Origin: Candidatus Latescibacterota bacterium
Lineage (GTDB): Bacteria; Latescibacterota; UBA2968; UBA8231
Assembly: GCA_965217585.1 (NCBI GenBank)
Contig: OZ244561.1
Location: 4,384,001 to 4,448,000 of the forward strand
Direction of reading: 5' to 3'
Length of the DNA stretch: 64,000 bases
Positions 35,804 through 46,781 of the stretch are shown here, one piece after another. Under the pieces are notes generated by a model, which was not told where the DNA came from, did no database searches, and saw nothing but the letters and a program-made list of their open reading frames with translations. Position 1 is the first letter of the stretch, and each line of letters begins with the position of its first letter. The position numbers and the translations under genes were made by a program.

Positions 35804-35851
35804 AATCCTGACATTAATACGCGATACCATCTCGTAGCCACTCTCTCTCGC

Positions 35852-37315
35852 TCAGCCGACGCTGCCTTCGAGGCTGATGCCAAGCAGCTTTTGCGCCTCG
35901 ACGGCGAATTCCATCGGCAGTTCGGCGAGGACTTCCTTGCAGAAGCCGTTGACGATCATGGAGATGGCGTCTTCAGTGGAAATTCCGCGCTGGTTGCAGT
36001 AGAAAATTTGGTCCTCGCCGATCTTGGAGGTGGAAGCCTCGTGCTCGACGTGGGCGGTGGGATTGCGGACCTCAATGTAGGGAAAGGTGTGCGCGCCGCA
36101 TTGGTCGCCGATGAGCATGGAATCGCACTGGGTGAAGTTGCGGGCACCGGTAGCGTTTTTGAGCACCTGCACCTTGCCGCGATAGGTGTTTTGGCCGCGC
36201 TGAGCCGAAATGCCCTTGGAGATAATGGTGCTGCGGGTGTTTTTGCCGATGTGGTGCATCTTGGTGCCGGTGTCGGCCTGCTGCCGCTTGGAGGTGACGG
36301 CCACCGAGTAAAATTCGCCGACCGAGTGATCGCCCTGTAGGATGCAGCTAGGGTACTTCCAAGTGATGGCCGAACCGGTCTCGACTTGGGTCCACGAGAT
36401 CTTGGAGTGGTCGCCGCGACACGCGCCGCGCTTGGTGACGAAGTTGTAGATCCCGCCTTTGCCGTTTTCGTCGCCCGGGTACCAGTTCTGCACGGTGGAG
36501 TACTTGATCTGAGCGTCGCCGAGGGCTACGAGTTCGACGACGGCCGCGTGGAGTTGGTTTTCGTCGCGCATGGGCGCTGTGCAGCCTTCGAGGTAGCTGA
36601 CATACGACCCCTCGTCGGCGATGACCAAGGTGCGCTCGAATTGGCCCGTATTCGCCGCGTTGATGCGGAAGTACGTCGATAGCTCCATGGGGCAGCGCAC
36701 GCCCGGAGGCACGTACACGAAGGAGCCGTCGGTAAAGACCGCGGAGTTGAGGGTGGCGAAGAAATTGTCGGTATAGGGCACGACCGAGCCGAGGTACTTT
36801 TGCACGAGCGCGGGGTGATTGTGGATGGCTTCGGACATGGAGCAGAAGATAATGCCCAACTCGGCCAGCTTGTCCTTGAATGTGGTGGCTACGGAGACGC
36901 TGTCGAAGACGGCGTCCACGGCCACGCCGGCGAGCATCTGCTGCTCGGCGAGGGGGATGCCTAGCTTCTGGTAGGTGGCCAAAATTTCGGGATCGACCTC
37001 GTCGAGGCTGTCGAGCTCTTTCTTCTTGGGGGCCGAGTAGTAAACGATGTCTTGGTAGTTGATGTCGGGATAGTGGACCATGGCCCAGCGCTGACTCTCT
37101 TTGCGGCGCGTTGGATCCTCCATAGCCAGCCAGCGGCGATAGGCTTTGAGCCGCCACTCGAGCATGAACTCAGGCTCGTCCTTTTTGGCGGAGATGAAGC
37201 GGATGATCTCTTCGTTGAGGCCAGGTGGGGCGGAGTCGGTCTCCACATCGGTGACGAATCCCCACTCGTAGTCGCGGTTGGCAAATTGCTCTAGGGTTTG
37301 GGTGCTTTCGCTCAT
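35852..37315 (-). CDS. sufB: Fe-S cluster assembly protein SufB
   Basis: [42 protein letters not shown]. Confidence 0.97.
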   Translation of the reverse strand: MSESTQTLEQFANRDYEWGFVTDVETDSAPPGLNEEIIRFISAKKDEPEFMLEWRLKAYRRWLAMEDPTRRKESQRWAMVHYPDINYQDIVYYSAPKKKELDSLDEVDPEILATYQKLGIPLAEQQMLAGVAVDAVFDSVSVATTFKDKLAELGIIFCSMSEAIHNHPALVQKYLGSVVPYTDNFFATLNSAVFTDGSFVYVPPGVRCPMELSTYFRINAANTGQFERTLVIADEGSYVSYLEGCTAPMRDENQLHAAVVELVALGDAQIKYSTVQNWYPGDENGKGGIYNFVTKRGACRGDHSKISWTQVETGSAITWKYPSCILQGDHSVGEFYSVAVTSKRQQADTGTKMHHIGKNTRSTIISKGISAQRGQNTYRGKVQVLKNATGARNFTQCDSMLIGDQCGAHTFPYIEVRNPTAHVEHEASTSKIGEDQIFYCNQRGISTEDAISMIVNGFCKEVLAELPMEFAVEAQKLLGISLEGSVG

Positions 37316-37395
37316 GTTGGCTCCTTGTATCTAGGCGCGGTCTCAAGAACTTAGGAATCTGTACAAAAAAGTCAAGTTTCAGGGCGGGACGGCGG

Positions 37396-38295
37396 CTAGC
37401 CCATTTTTTTGCGCTGCGCTAGGTAGCGCGACAGGGCCACGTCAAAGGGGGTCGCCGTGTCGAGCAGGGCGTAGTCGATGCCGGCTTCGGCGCACCCGAG
37501 CCGATAGGTCTGGATCAGATCGTCCATCAGCGCGCGGTATTCGTGCTGGATGTGCCAGGGCTGGGTGGTGAGGGTTTGGTCTGGGTCTTCGAGGTCGTAG
37601 AAGCGGGTCTGGTCGCGGAAGGCGAGGTCGCGCTCGCGGGGGTCGAGCAGGTGGAAGACGATCACTTCGTGCTGCAGGTGGCGGAAGTGGCGCAGCCCTT
37701 CGAGGACTTGGTCGGGCGCGTCGAGCAGGTCGGAGAGCACGATGACGAGGCCGCGGCGGCGGATGCGCTCGGCGAGATCGTGGAAGGCTGGGGCCATGTG
37801 CGTCTCGCTGCGCGGTCGCGCTTGGTCGATGGTCTTGAGGAGGACTTGGAGGTGGCTTTGCACCGAGCGCGGCGGCACGTACGCCTCGGTCTGATGGTGA
37901 TAGAGCAACAGGCCGACCGCGTCGCGCTGCTTGAGCATGAGGTACGCCAGCGCGGCCGCCAAAGAGGCCGCGTAGCGAAATTTGCTCAGCGGTGCGCCGG
38001 CCGCAAAGTCCATAGAGCCGGACACGTCGAGCAGCAGATAGGCTTTGAGGTTGGTCTCCTCCTCGTACTGCTTGACGTACAGGCGGTCGGACTTGGCGTA
38101 TGCCTTCCAATCGAGGTCGCGCAGGGGGTCGCCCGGCAGATAGGGACGGTGCTCGGAGAATTCGACCGAGAAGCCGTGGTACGGGCTGCGGTGCAAGCCG
38201 GTGATAAAGCCCTCGACCACGAGGCGCGCAATCAGGTCGAGGCGCGTGAGGCGCGAGATGGTTTCCGGGTGGAGGTAGGAAGCGGCTTCGCTCAC
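37396..38295 (-). CDS. DUF58 domain protein (vWA-like)
   Basis: GLHRSPYHGFSVEFSEHRPYLPGD, LLDVSGSM. Confidence 0.9.
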   Translation of the reverse strand: MSEAASYLHPETISRLTRLDLIARLVVEGFITGLHRSPYHGFSVEFSEHRPYLPGDPLRDLDWKAYAKSDRLYVKQYEEETNLKAYLLLDVSGSMDFAAGAPLSKFRYAASLAAALAYLMLKQRDAVGLLLYHHQTEAYVPPRSVQSHLQVLLKTIDQARPRSETHMAPAFHDLAERIRRRGLVIVLSDLLDAPDQVLEGLRHFRHLQHEVIVFHLLDPRERDLAFRDQTRFYDLEDPDQTLTTQPWHIQHEYRALMDDLIQTYRLGCAEAGIDYALLDTATPFDVALSRYLAQRKKMG

Positions 38296-38296
38296 G

Positions 38297-39286
<990 letters not shown>

Positions 39287-39357
39287 GTACTTCCTTTCAG
39301 GACAATGGGTTGGTGAATCGGCAGAAGATACCGTCTTTGCAAGGGCCATTCAAATAC

Positions 39358-40617
39358 TCAGGTCTTGCGCTCCTTTTTCTTGGCCGCGGGGAAGAGCACG
39401 TTGTTCAGAATTAGCCGGTAGCCGGGCGAGTTGGGATGCAGGGTGAGGTTGGTCGGCGGGTCGTGGACGTGGTGCCTGTGGTCTTCTGGGTCGTGGCCGG
39501 CGTAGAAGGTGAAGGTGCCCTTGCCGACGCGGCCGTGGATGTACTTGACACTGTTGGTGCCCTCTTCTTGGCCGAGGAGGATGACCGAGTCCTTGATCAG
39601 CGACTGGCGAAAGGCCGTAGTCTGGCCGAGGAAGCCATCGACGATGTTGGTGTGGCACTGGGTGAGCATCGTCGGCACCGGGTCATATTTGGCGGAGAAC
39701 TCGAACAGCGTGAAATACTCGGCCTCGGCCGTGCGGATCCGGCGCATGTCGTTCGGCGTGGTGTCGATGTTTGAGAATTCGTACACGAGCGGGTTGGTTT
39801 CGAGCACAAAGTTATCAAAGGCCATGGTGCGGCTGAAGTCGAGCTTGGCCTGGGCGTTGGGGTCGGCCCCGTCGCCGTCGAAGACCGCGTGGCATATATC
39901 CACGTCGAGCGCGGCGAGGGCGATGTCAAAGGTGTCGGTGGCCGAGCACATGGCGAAGAGGAAGCCGCCCGCCGCCATGTACTCGTAGATTTTGACGACC
40001 ACGGCCTTCTTTTGCTCGGAGACCTTGGCGTAGCCGAGGCGGCGTGCCATCTGCTCGTACGCGGCTTGCTGTTCGCGGTACCAAACCTGATTGCCGTAGG
40101 AGCCATAGAACTTGCCGTACTGGCCGGTGAAGTCCTCGTGGTGCAGGTGCAGCCAATCGTAGTTGTCGAGCGCGCCTTGGAGCACTTCGTCGTCCCAGAT
40201 TTTTTCGTAGTCGATTTGGGCGTATTCCAGCGCGAGGGTCACCGCGTCGTCCCAGGGCTGTTTGTTGGGCGGCGTGTACACGGCGATCTTCGGCACCTTT
40301 TCCAAGCGCACGACTTCCATGTTGGACGCGTCGATCTCCGCGTAGATCTGGGCGGCTTGGGCCTCGGAGATGCGCGCGGTACTGACGCCGCGGAGGATGG
40401 CTTCGCTGGCGATGAGGGCGTGTGCTTCGACGAGGAATGCACCGCCTCGGTAGTTGAGCAGCCACTCGACCGGAATGCCGCGCTCCAAGGTCCAGAAAGC
40501 GAGGCCGTAGGCCCGCAGATGGTCGCGCTGGGAGGTGTCCATGGGCACGAGGATCCGCTCGGCGCGGGCTGGGAGGAGGGCGAGGGTGCAAAGGGCTAAG
40601 GCAAAGAGGATGGGCAT
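39358..40617 (-). CDS. Conserved secreted protein, class I glutamine-amidotransferase-like (family often auto-labelled asparagine synthetase B)
   Basis: Signal peptide; WLLNYRGG, WLHLHHEDFTGQYGKF, GGFLFAMCSATD, SPGYRLILNN. Confidence 0.7.
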   Translation of the reverse strand: MPILFALALCTLALLPARAERILVPMDTSQRDHLRAYGLAFWTLERGIPVEWLLNYRGGAFLVEAHALIASEAILRGVSTARISEAQAAQIYAEIDASNMEVVRLEKVPKIAVYTPPNKQPWDDAVTLALEYAQIDYEKIWDDEVLQGALDNYDWLHLHHEDFTGQYGKFYGSYGNQVWYREQQAAYEQMARRLGYAKVSEQKKAVVVKIYEYMAAGGFLFAMCSATDTFDIALAALDVDICHAVFDGDGADPNAQAKLDFSRTMAFDNFVLETNPLVYEFSNIDTTPNDMRRIRTAEAEYFTLFEFSAKYDPVPTMLTQCHTNIVDGFLGQTTAFRQSLIKDSVILLGQEEGTNSVKYIHGRVGKGTFTFYAGHDPEDHRHHVHDPPTNLTLHPNSPGYRLILNNVLFPAAKKKERKT

Positions 40618-40621
40618 GGGG

Positions 40622-41443
40622 TCAGCCGCTTTCGCGCAGGTGGCGGAGCCGCTCGATGCGCAGGCGCGCTTCTGGAGCGCGGGCGTCGTGCGGGTGTTGG
40701 AGGAGCGCGGTCTCGCAGGTCTTGAGGGCCTGCTCAACCGCGCCTTGGCGCTCGTAGAGCGCGGCTAAGCCCAGATGGGCGGCGACGACGTGCTCGCCTT
40801 GGGGGAAGCGGGCGATCTGGCGCTGGTACAGGGCTATGGCCTCGTCAGAACGACCTTGTTGCGCGCGCAGCTCGGCGCGGATGAGCAAGCTCCACTCCGC
40901 AAGGCCCGGGTCGGCACCATCTTCGAGGGCTGCCCAGTGCGCGTCGGCCGCCTCGCTCTGTCCTTGTCGCTCTAGCAGCTGAGCGCGGCTGAGATCGGCG
41001 AGGCCATCGGCCGTTGCGTACTCTTCGCAGACGGCCAGCAGGGCGAGGACATCGTTGGCGAGGACATGGCTCGGGTCGGCTGCACCCAGGGCGGCCAAGG
41101 CGGCGGTAGCTGCGGCGAAGTCGCCGCGGAAGTAGAGCAGCTCGGCGCGGTGATAGCGAGCCGCGTACGCAACCGGACCGCCGCGCTTTTCCAAGTCTGC
41201 CCAAAAGCGATCGGCGCGGTCCAGGTCGCCGAGGCGCAAGCTGCACTCGGCGATCAGCATCAGGGCCGGCTTGGTCCACGGGCCGCGTTGCGGAGCTTCG
41301 ACCACCGCTTGCAGAGCAGTGTAAGCGCCTTGGGTGTCGTGCTCTAGCAACAGGCGCGCTTGCTCGACTTGCGCTTGTAGGTCGGCGGCTGCGGCGACCG
41401 CGCTCCACAGGCCGAGGGCGCCGATGAGGGCGGGTATTTTCAT
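40622..41443 (-). CDS. Secreted TPR protein
   Basis: Signal peptide; TPR-like ARYHRAELLYFRGDF and AIALYQRQIARFP. Confidence 0.8.
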   Translation of the reverse strand: MKIPALIGALGLWSAVAAAADLQAQVEQARLLLEHDTQGAYTALQAVVEAPQRGPWTKPALMLIAECSLRLGDLDRADRFWADLEKRGGPVAYAARYHRAELLYFRGDFAAATAALAALGAADPSHVLANDVLALLAVCEEYATADGLADLSRAQLLERQGQSEAADAHWAALEDGADPGLAEWSLLIRAELRAQQGRSDEAIALYQRQIARFPQGEHVVAAHLGLAALYERQGAVEQALKTCETALLQHPHDARAPEARLRIERLRHLRESG

Positions 41444-44400
41444 GGGGCTTCGCGGGCTTGCAGGTCTTGGTAGATTTGGTCGTAGTAGCGACGAAGCAAG
41501 GCGCGGTACTCCTCGGGATAGGGGCCGGCGAGGGCTTGGCGCAGGGCTTCACGCCACAGGTCGGGCGTCTGCCCGCGATCTGTGGGTAGGGCGGTTGGGC
41601 CGGCGTAGGGCTGGTCGGTGGCCGTGATACTGCGCCGCTTTTCATCAAAGCCACGGCTGTGGATGGAGCGGCTGGCGTCGAGCATGCGCTGGTAGATGCG
41701 CTCCTGATTTTGCCGCGTGCGCTGGTTGAGCCGCCCGCGCTGTAAGTCGGCGAGCACGTCCCGCATCTCTTTCTGTATGGCTTGCACCCGTTGTTGCGCC
41801 CCTCGGTGCCCGCGCAGCGAACGGCTGATCTCGTCGAGCGCTTGCATGAGGCCCTGCTGTTGGGCGCTGAGGCGCGCGATTTGTTGCTGGAGTCCAGGGC
41901 CTGGCATCTGGCCCATGGCCTGCTCGGAGGCTTGGTTGAGCAGGCTCTGCTGCTCGGAGAGGCCGAGTAGCTGCTGCATGGCCTCGGCAAAGGCCGAGGG
42001 GGTCTGCGCCTTGGCGAGGTTGTCGAGACTCTCGCGCAGGAGTAGGACGGTCTCGTTGAGGTAGCGCATGGCCTTCCTCTGGGGATTGAGCGCGCCCTGC
42101 GCGTCGCGCTGGCCAAGGCGCTGAGCCGCGTCGTGCATGTGGCGCAGGGCGTAGCCGATGGTTGCGCTCAAATCGGGGGCGAGGGCCAAGGTGCGCTGGC
42201 CCACGGCGGCGATGCGCTCCACGACCTGACTAGTGCCTTGCAGGAGCGCGAATTGGTCTTGGGCACGGGCGTCGGCAAACAGGCCCTCTTGGCGCTGGGA
42301 TAGCTGGACGAGGTCGCGCATGGCGCGGCGCAGCTCGCGGCTGAGTTGGTCCTTTTCTGCGGCGAGGTACTCGTCCTGCATCTGCTGCAAGTCCTCGGCT
42401 AGCGCGTCGAGATCTGTGGCTAGCTCCTGCCCGGTCTGCTGGGCCGCGCCTTGGGATTTGGCCCGCATCTGGCGCACCATCTGGCGCATCCGCTCGGAGA
42501 GTGTCTTGCTCTCTATGTCCTCGGCGCGGTGCGCTAGCTGTTCGGCTAGCGCGGGGTTTTGCTCGGCTGTGGAAGTGCTCAGTTCTTGGAGTTGCTCGGA
42601 GAGCCGCTCGGTGTCGCGCTGCAAACTGTCTTCCTGTAGCTGTTGGCGCAGGCCACTCTGACCGTCCGCGAGCTCGCGGTTGATCTGGCTTTGGCGGCGG
42701 GCTAGTTCCGCAGCTTGCTCGACGATGGCGCGCAACTGCTGTTCGATCCGCACCTGTTCGAGCAGGGCAATGGTGCGGTCGAGCCGTTGCTGGAAGGCTT
42801 GCTGGTCTTCGTTAAAGCGCTTGAGGGCGTCGGCGAGGGCTTGGGGGTCTGGGTTGCTGGCGGCTTTTTGGAGGTCGGCGAGGGCCTGCTGCATTTCGGG
42901 GGTGGCGATGTCACCCATGAGTTCGCGGATATGGTCGAGCTTGTCGAGCAACTCTTCGGTGCCCGTGTCCTCGGCCTTCATGGAATCGATGGTTTTCTCC
43001 AATTCAGCCGCGAGTTCCTCTACGGCGCGGGCGCGCTCGGCTTCGGCCTCAAGCGTCGCTTCGAGTTCCTTTTTTTGCTCCCAGCTCAGCTCCTCGCTTT
43101 TGAGCAGCTCGCGGCGCACCCGTTCGATGTACGCCTGATGAGCCTGTCCTTCGGCTGCGAGTTCCTCCAAGGAGGATAGTTGTTCGCCCTGGGCTTGGTC
43201 GGCCTCTGAGTAGAGTTCGTACAGGGAGGGAAAACGCAGCACGTACTGGCGGCTCTGACCCTTTTGCGGGCCGGATACTTGGTTGTTGTCGAGGGCTTCT
43301 AGGTGGTAGTAGATGCGGTCTTCGGGCAAGAGGTTGGCGGCTGATAGGTCCCAAATGTGGCTGACGAGTACCTCGCGCTGAGGGCTGATGGGCAAAGTTC
43401 GGCGCTGTTCGGGGCCGTTGTTGACTCGATAGACCAAGGCGATTTCCTCGACGGAAAAGTCGTCGCTGGCCTCGGCCTTGAGCAGCACCTTGAGGGACTC
43501 GGGCAGGTCGCTGTCACGGCCGGGATCGACGAGGGCGACTTCCGGCTTCTGGTCTTCGCGCACTTGGATGGCGTAGCGGATGGGGTCGCTGTTTTGCGCG
43601 CCCTTGCGATCGACGAGGGCGATGTGGTACGCACCCGGGCGCTCAATTTGGAAGGAGACGCGGGCAGTCGCGCCGTCGAGCTGGGCGGATATAGACAAGG
43701 TGTCGTCGAGGACCAAGGCGGCCTTGGACAGGGGCTTGTTGGCCGCGATTTCGAGGGCGACGCGGGTGCCGGGCAGGCCCTGGATGTCGCCGCCTTCCTC
43801 TTCAATGCGGTCGGGTAGCCGGCTGTAGGCAGGGTACTGGTAGTGCAGGCGCAAGCGCTTGACGGCCGGGGGGTCGATGACGCGCACCTCGTATTCGGGC
43901 GAGCGGTCGTCGCCGACCGCGATGGCGTAGCGGAAGGACCGCTGGATTTGGGGAAAGGTATAAGCGACCGAGTCGGCGCGATCGACCACGAGTTCTTCGA
44001 TCTGGTAGGGTGCTTCTGCGCTCGGGCGGCGCACGATGCGGGCGCGCCGCGGCTTGTGCCCGGCAAAGTGTACTTGCAGGGTGGCGTCCTCGCCCTTGAC
44101 GATTTCGAGGTCGCCGGGCCGGACGGTGATCAGGGTGCGCGCGGGCCGCTCATATGCGGTGAGAGGATGGGCGCAGCGCTGGGCGGCTTGGGCGAGCTCG
44201 TCGCCAAACAGGACACCGCAGAGGAGGGCTAAGGCGACTGTCCCGCCGAGCAGGCGCAGGTAGGCGTAGAGCGGACCACGGTCGAGTATTTGGGACGGAT
44301 CGGCGGCGCGCAAGAGCGCGGCGGCTCGCTCGCTCGCAGCCGCAAGCAGCGCGGGAGAGTGAAGGGTTGGGTCTGCGTCGGATAGCTCTAGCGTGCTGAT

Positions 44401-44712
44401 TAGCCGCTGCTGGAGCGGGGGGCAGCGCCTTTCGACGAAGAGGGCGAAGCGGTGCTGCGAGAGGAGAACGGGCAAGTGCCGCCGCAGGGCAAACGCCAGC
44501 ACTCCCCCGGTACCTAAAAGCGCCAAGATGCCCAAGCTCGTGCGCCAGGGCGGCGAGAGGAAGAACAGAGCTTCGAGCAACACCCACAGCAGGCCGAGAC
44601 CCAGCCCGGCGGCTAGGCACAGGGCTGCTCCGGAGCCGAGGGCGAGGACGAAGGCGCGGCGGCGCAGGGCGGTTAGCGGCGCGAGTATGGATTGGAGATG
44701 TGGGTTGGCCAT
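41440..44712 (-). CDS. DUF4175-like membrane-anchored coiled-coil protein
   Basis: N-terminal TM helices, YPAYS/Ig-like region, ALDNNQVSGP, long Q/E-rich coils, YPEEYRALLRRYY end. Confidence 0.75.
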   Translation of the reverse strand: MANPHLQSILAPLTALRRRAFVLALGSGAALCLAAGLGLGLLWVLLEALFFLSPPWRTSLGILALLGTGGVLAFALRRHLPVLLSQHRFALFVERRCPPLQQRLISTLELSDADPTLHSPALLAAASERAAALLRAADPSQILDRGPLYAYLRLLGGTVALALLCGVLFGDELAQAAQRCAHPLTAYERPARTLITVRPGDLEIVKGEDATLQVHFAGHKPRRARIVRRPSAEAPYQIEELVVDRADSVAYTFPQIQRSFRYAIAVGDDRSPEYEVRVIDPPAVKRLRLHYQYPAYSRLPDRIEEEGGDIQGLPGTRVALEIAANKPLSKAALVLDDTLSISAQLDGATARVSFQIERPGAYHIALVDRKGAQNSDPIRYAIQVREDQKPEVALVDPGRDSDLPESLKVLLKAEASDDFSVEEIALVYRVNNGPEQRRTLPISPQREVLVSHIWDLSAANLLPEDRIYYHLEALDNNQVSGPQKGQSRQYVLRFPSLYELYSEADQAQGEQLSSLEELAAEGQAHQAYIERVRRELLKSEELSWEQKKELEATLEAEAERARAVEELAAELEKTIDSMKAEDTGTEELLDKLDHIRELMGDIATPEMQQALADLQKAASNPDPQALADALKRFNEDQQAFQQRLDRTIALLEQVRIEQQLRAIVEQAAELARRQSQINRELADGQSGLRQQLQEDSLQRDTERLSEQLQELSTSTAEQNPALAEQLAHRAEDIESKTLSERMRQMVRQMRAKSQGAAQQTGQELATDLDALAEDLQQMQDEYLAAEKDQLSRELRRAMRDLVQLSQRQEGLFADARAQDQFALLQGTSQVVERIAAVGQRTLALAPDLSATIGYALRHMHDAAQRLGQRDAQGALNPQRKAMRYLNETVLLLRESLDNLAKAQTPSAFAEAMQQLLGLSEQQSLLNQASEQAMGQMPGPGLQQQIARLSAQQQGLMQALDEISRSLRGHRGAQQRVQAIQKEMRDVLADLQRGRLNQRTRQNQERIYQRMLDASRSIHSRGFDEKRRSITATDQPYAGPTALPTDRGQTPDLWREALRQALAGPYPEEYRALLRRYYDQIYQDLQAREAP

Positions 44713-44766
44713 GATGCGTTAGTTGAAATTAGAACACGACGTTAACTGCCGCCAGGAACGGCAGCC

Positions 44767-46719
44767 CTACCAAGTCATCACTGCGTTGCCGCTCTCACTG
44801 GCCAAGTAGTCGATGGCGTACCAGAGGCCGGCGGTGACGAACTGGCCGAGGATTAGACCCATGAAGAGGGGCCGGGTTCTCAAGTAGAGCACCGGGCCGC
44901 CGTAGCGGAGGACGAGGGTCTTGCAGAGCCAAGCGAGGAAAACGCTGAAAAACATGGTGCCGAAGACCGCGCTGATGGGAAAGCCCAAGGGATGGAAAGG
45001 CCACCAGAACAGGTGTTGGCGAGCCGCTAGCAAAAGTCCCATGACCCCTGCGCCGAGGGCGGTATAGGCCCAGTTTTCCCAGTGCGGCCCGTCGAGGGCT
45101 TGCAGGCGGGCGGCTGCGTTGTCAAAGGGATAGCGCGCTGCGCCGCCGAAGAAGAACGAGTCGGTATTGATGCCACCGTAGCGATAGCCCAAGTCGAGGA
45201 TGGCCCAGATCGAGCTGCCGAGGGTGACGAAAATGGCGAGGAGGATGCCCCAGAAGATGAGGCGGCGGCCCTTTTTTATGGTTTCCTCGGCTAGCTTGAG
45301 GCCGTTGGCGCAGGAGGCCATGACAAAGGTGAGGATGTCGCTGGCCCACACGTACGTAAAGGCGAGGGCGGTGACGCCAGACGCGCCGATGGTGCGGGTG
45401 CCAAAGCCGGCCGCGACAAAGTCCGAGGCGATCATGGGCGCGAAGATAAAGGCAAGCCCCCCCTCGGCGACCACGCGGGTGATGCCGATGAAGAGGACAA
45501 AGGCGAAGAAGAGATAGATGGGGGTGACCCAAGCCGGCAGGCCCGACTGCCACAGCCACACGCCCATAAAGGCGAGGCTACCGGCCAGCACTAGCAGGGC
45601 CGCGCGGTAGGAGAGAATTTCTCCAGAGTCGTCGATGTCCGGCGCGCCAAAGATGGCCTTGCGCACCACGTCGCGCAGGTGGCGGCGGGCCGTCCACAGG
45701 CCGAAGAGCACCAAGGCGATGACCGCGCCAAACCCTTGGTGGACGATGATGGAGCCGGTGTACGTGCTATACGCGCCGAGCACCGGGTCGATTTTCTGCA
45801 CCCCGAAGATGTTGAAAATGCCCTGTTGGACGGTGTTGAGCAGGTAGAAGAAGCACAATCCAAAGGCGATGTCGCGGTTGACGAAGTAGGAAAAGCCCAG
45901 CATCTGAAAACTCAGGCGGAGCGGGATGTGGATGCTGTCGCGGAAGAGCGGGATCGAATGATCGAGACTGACGCGGGGGAAGTAGGGGAAGTAGTGGTTC
46001 AGCCCGTTGGCACTTTGGATGATGGCGGGTATGGCGAAGCCGATCCACAGTAGCGGATTCTTGAAAAAGGCGTTGAGTACACCCGGGCGGGTGTCGTCTT
46101 CTTGGAGCATGGCAATGGGCAGTTGGACCAGCGGAAAAATCAAGCGCTCGTTTTCGATCCACTGCTTGCGCAACACGACCATGATGGAAATCATCGCCAA
46201 GTAGAGCGCGAGCACGAAGGGCAGCCAAAAAGCTAGCGGGGGCAACCACAAGCCCCAGGGGATGCCCGCGCCTTGGGGCGCGCCCTCGTAGAAGTTCTTG
46301 ATTTGGTCGAAGTCGTGGTGCGGGATGAGCCAATCTGGGACGAGCGGATGGAGCAGTTCGGCCCAGTTGTTTTCGGGTGTGGCATAGTAGATGACGCTGG
46401 TAATATCGGGCAAGAGGAAGGCGGTAAGCCCCCACTCGGGGATGGAGGTGGCGACGATCCACATGATGTAGATCAGGGCCAGCTCGGCCCGGTTCAGCAT
46501 CCAAGAGCGGCGCACTAGGCCCAGCAGGGTGTTGACGACAAAGACGAGCAGAAAGAAGAGGATGATCGCAGCGGGCGTGTTGAAGTACGAGGCGATCCGG
46601 GAGCCGTGGAGCACCATGTTGCAATACGGGACGCCGGCGCCAATGGCCCAAGCACCGGCCGCGCCGACGAGGAGGGCGCGGAGTCCGGGCCGCTGTGCGG
46701 TAGGTGAAGTCGCGGTCAA
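44767..46719 (-). CDS. Polytopic membrane protein, DUF6785/DUF6784-like (putative transporter)
   Basis: Many TM helices; KQWIENERLIFPL, WWPFHPLG, LRYGG...PLFMGLILG. Confidence 0.75.
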   Translation of the reverse strand: MTATSPTAQRPGLRALLVGAAGAWAIGAGVPYCNMVLHGSRIASYFNTPAAIILFFLLVFVVNTLLGLVRRSWMLNRAELALIYIMWIVATSIPEWGLTAFLLPDITSVIYYATPENNWAELLHPLVPDWLIPHHDFDQIKNFYEGAPQGAGIPWGLWLPPLAFWLPFVLALYLAMISIMVVLRKQWIENERLIFPLVQLPIAMLQEDDTRPGVLNAFFKNPLLWIGFAIPAIIQSANGLNHYFPYFPRVSLDHSIPLFRDSIHIPLRLSFQMLGFSYFVNRDIAFGLCFFYLLNTVQQGIFNIFGVQKIDPVLGAYSTYTGSIIVHQGFGAVIALVLFGLWTARRHLRDVVRKAIFGAPDIDDSGEILSYRAALLVLAGSLAFMGVWLWQSGLPAWVTPIYLFFAFVLFIGITRVVAEGGLAFIFAPMIASDFVAAGFGTRTIGASGVTALAFTYVWASDILTFVMASCANGLKLAEETIKKGRRLIFWGILLAIFVTLGSSIWAILDLGYRYGGINTDSFFFGGAARYPFDNAAARLQALDGPHWENWAYTALGAGVMGLLLAARQHLFWWPFHPLGFPISAVFGTMFFSVFLAWLCKTLVLRYGGPVLYLRTRPLFMGLILGQFVTAGLWYAIDYLASESGNAVMTW

Positions 46720-46781
46720 GGGATGGGGTGGGAATCAGGGGACGGCTGCATGGGGATCGCATATTGGGAGGGTGGGCGCTG

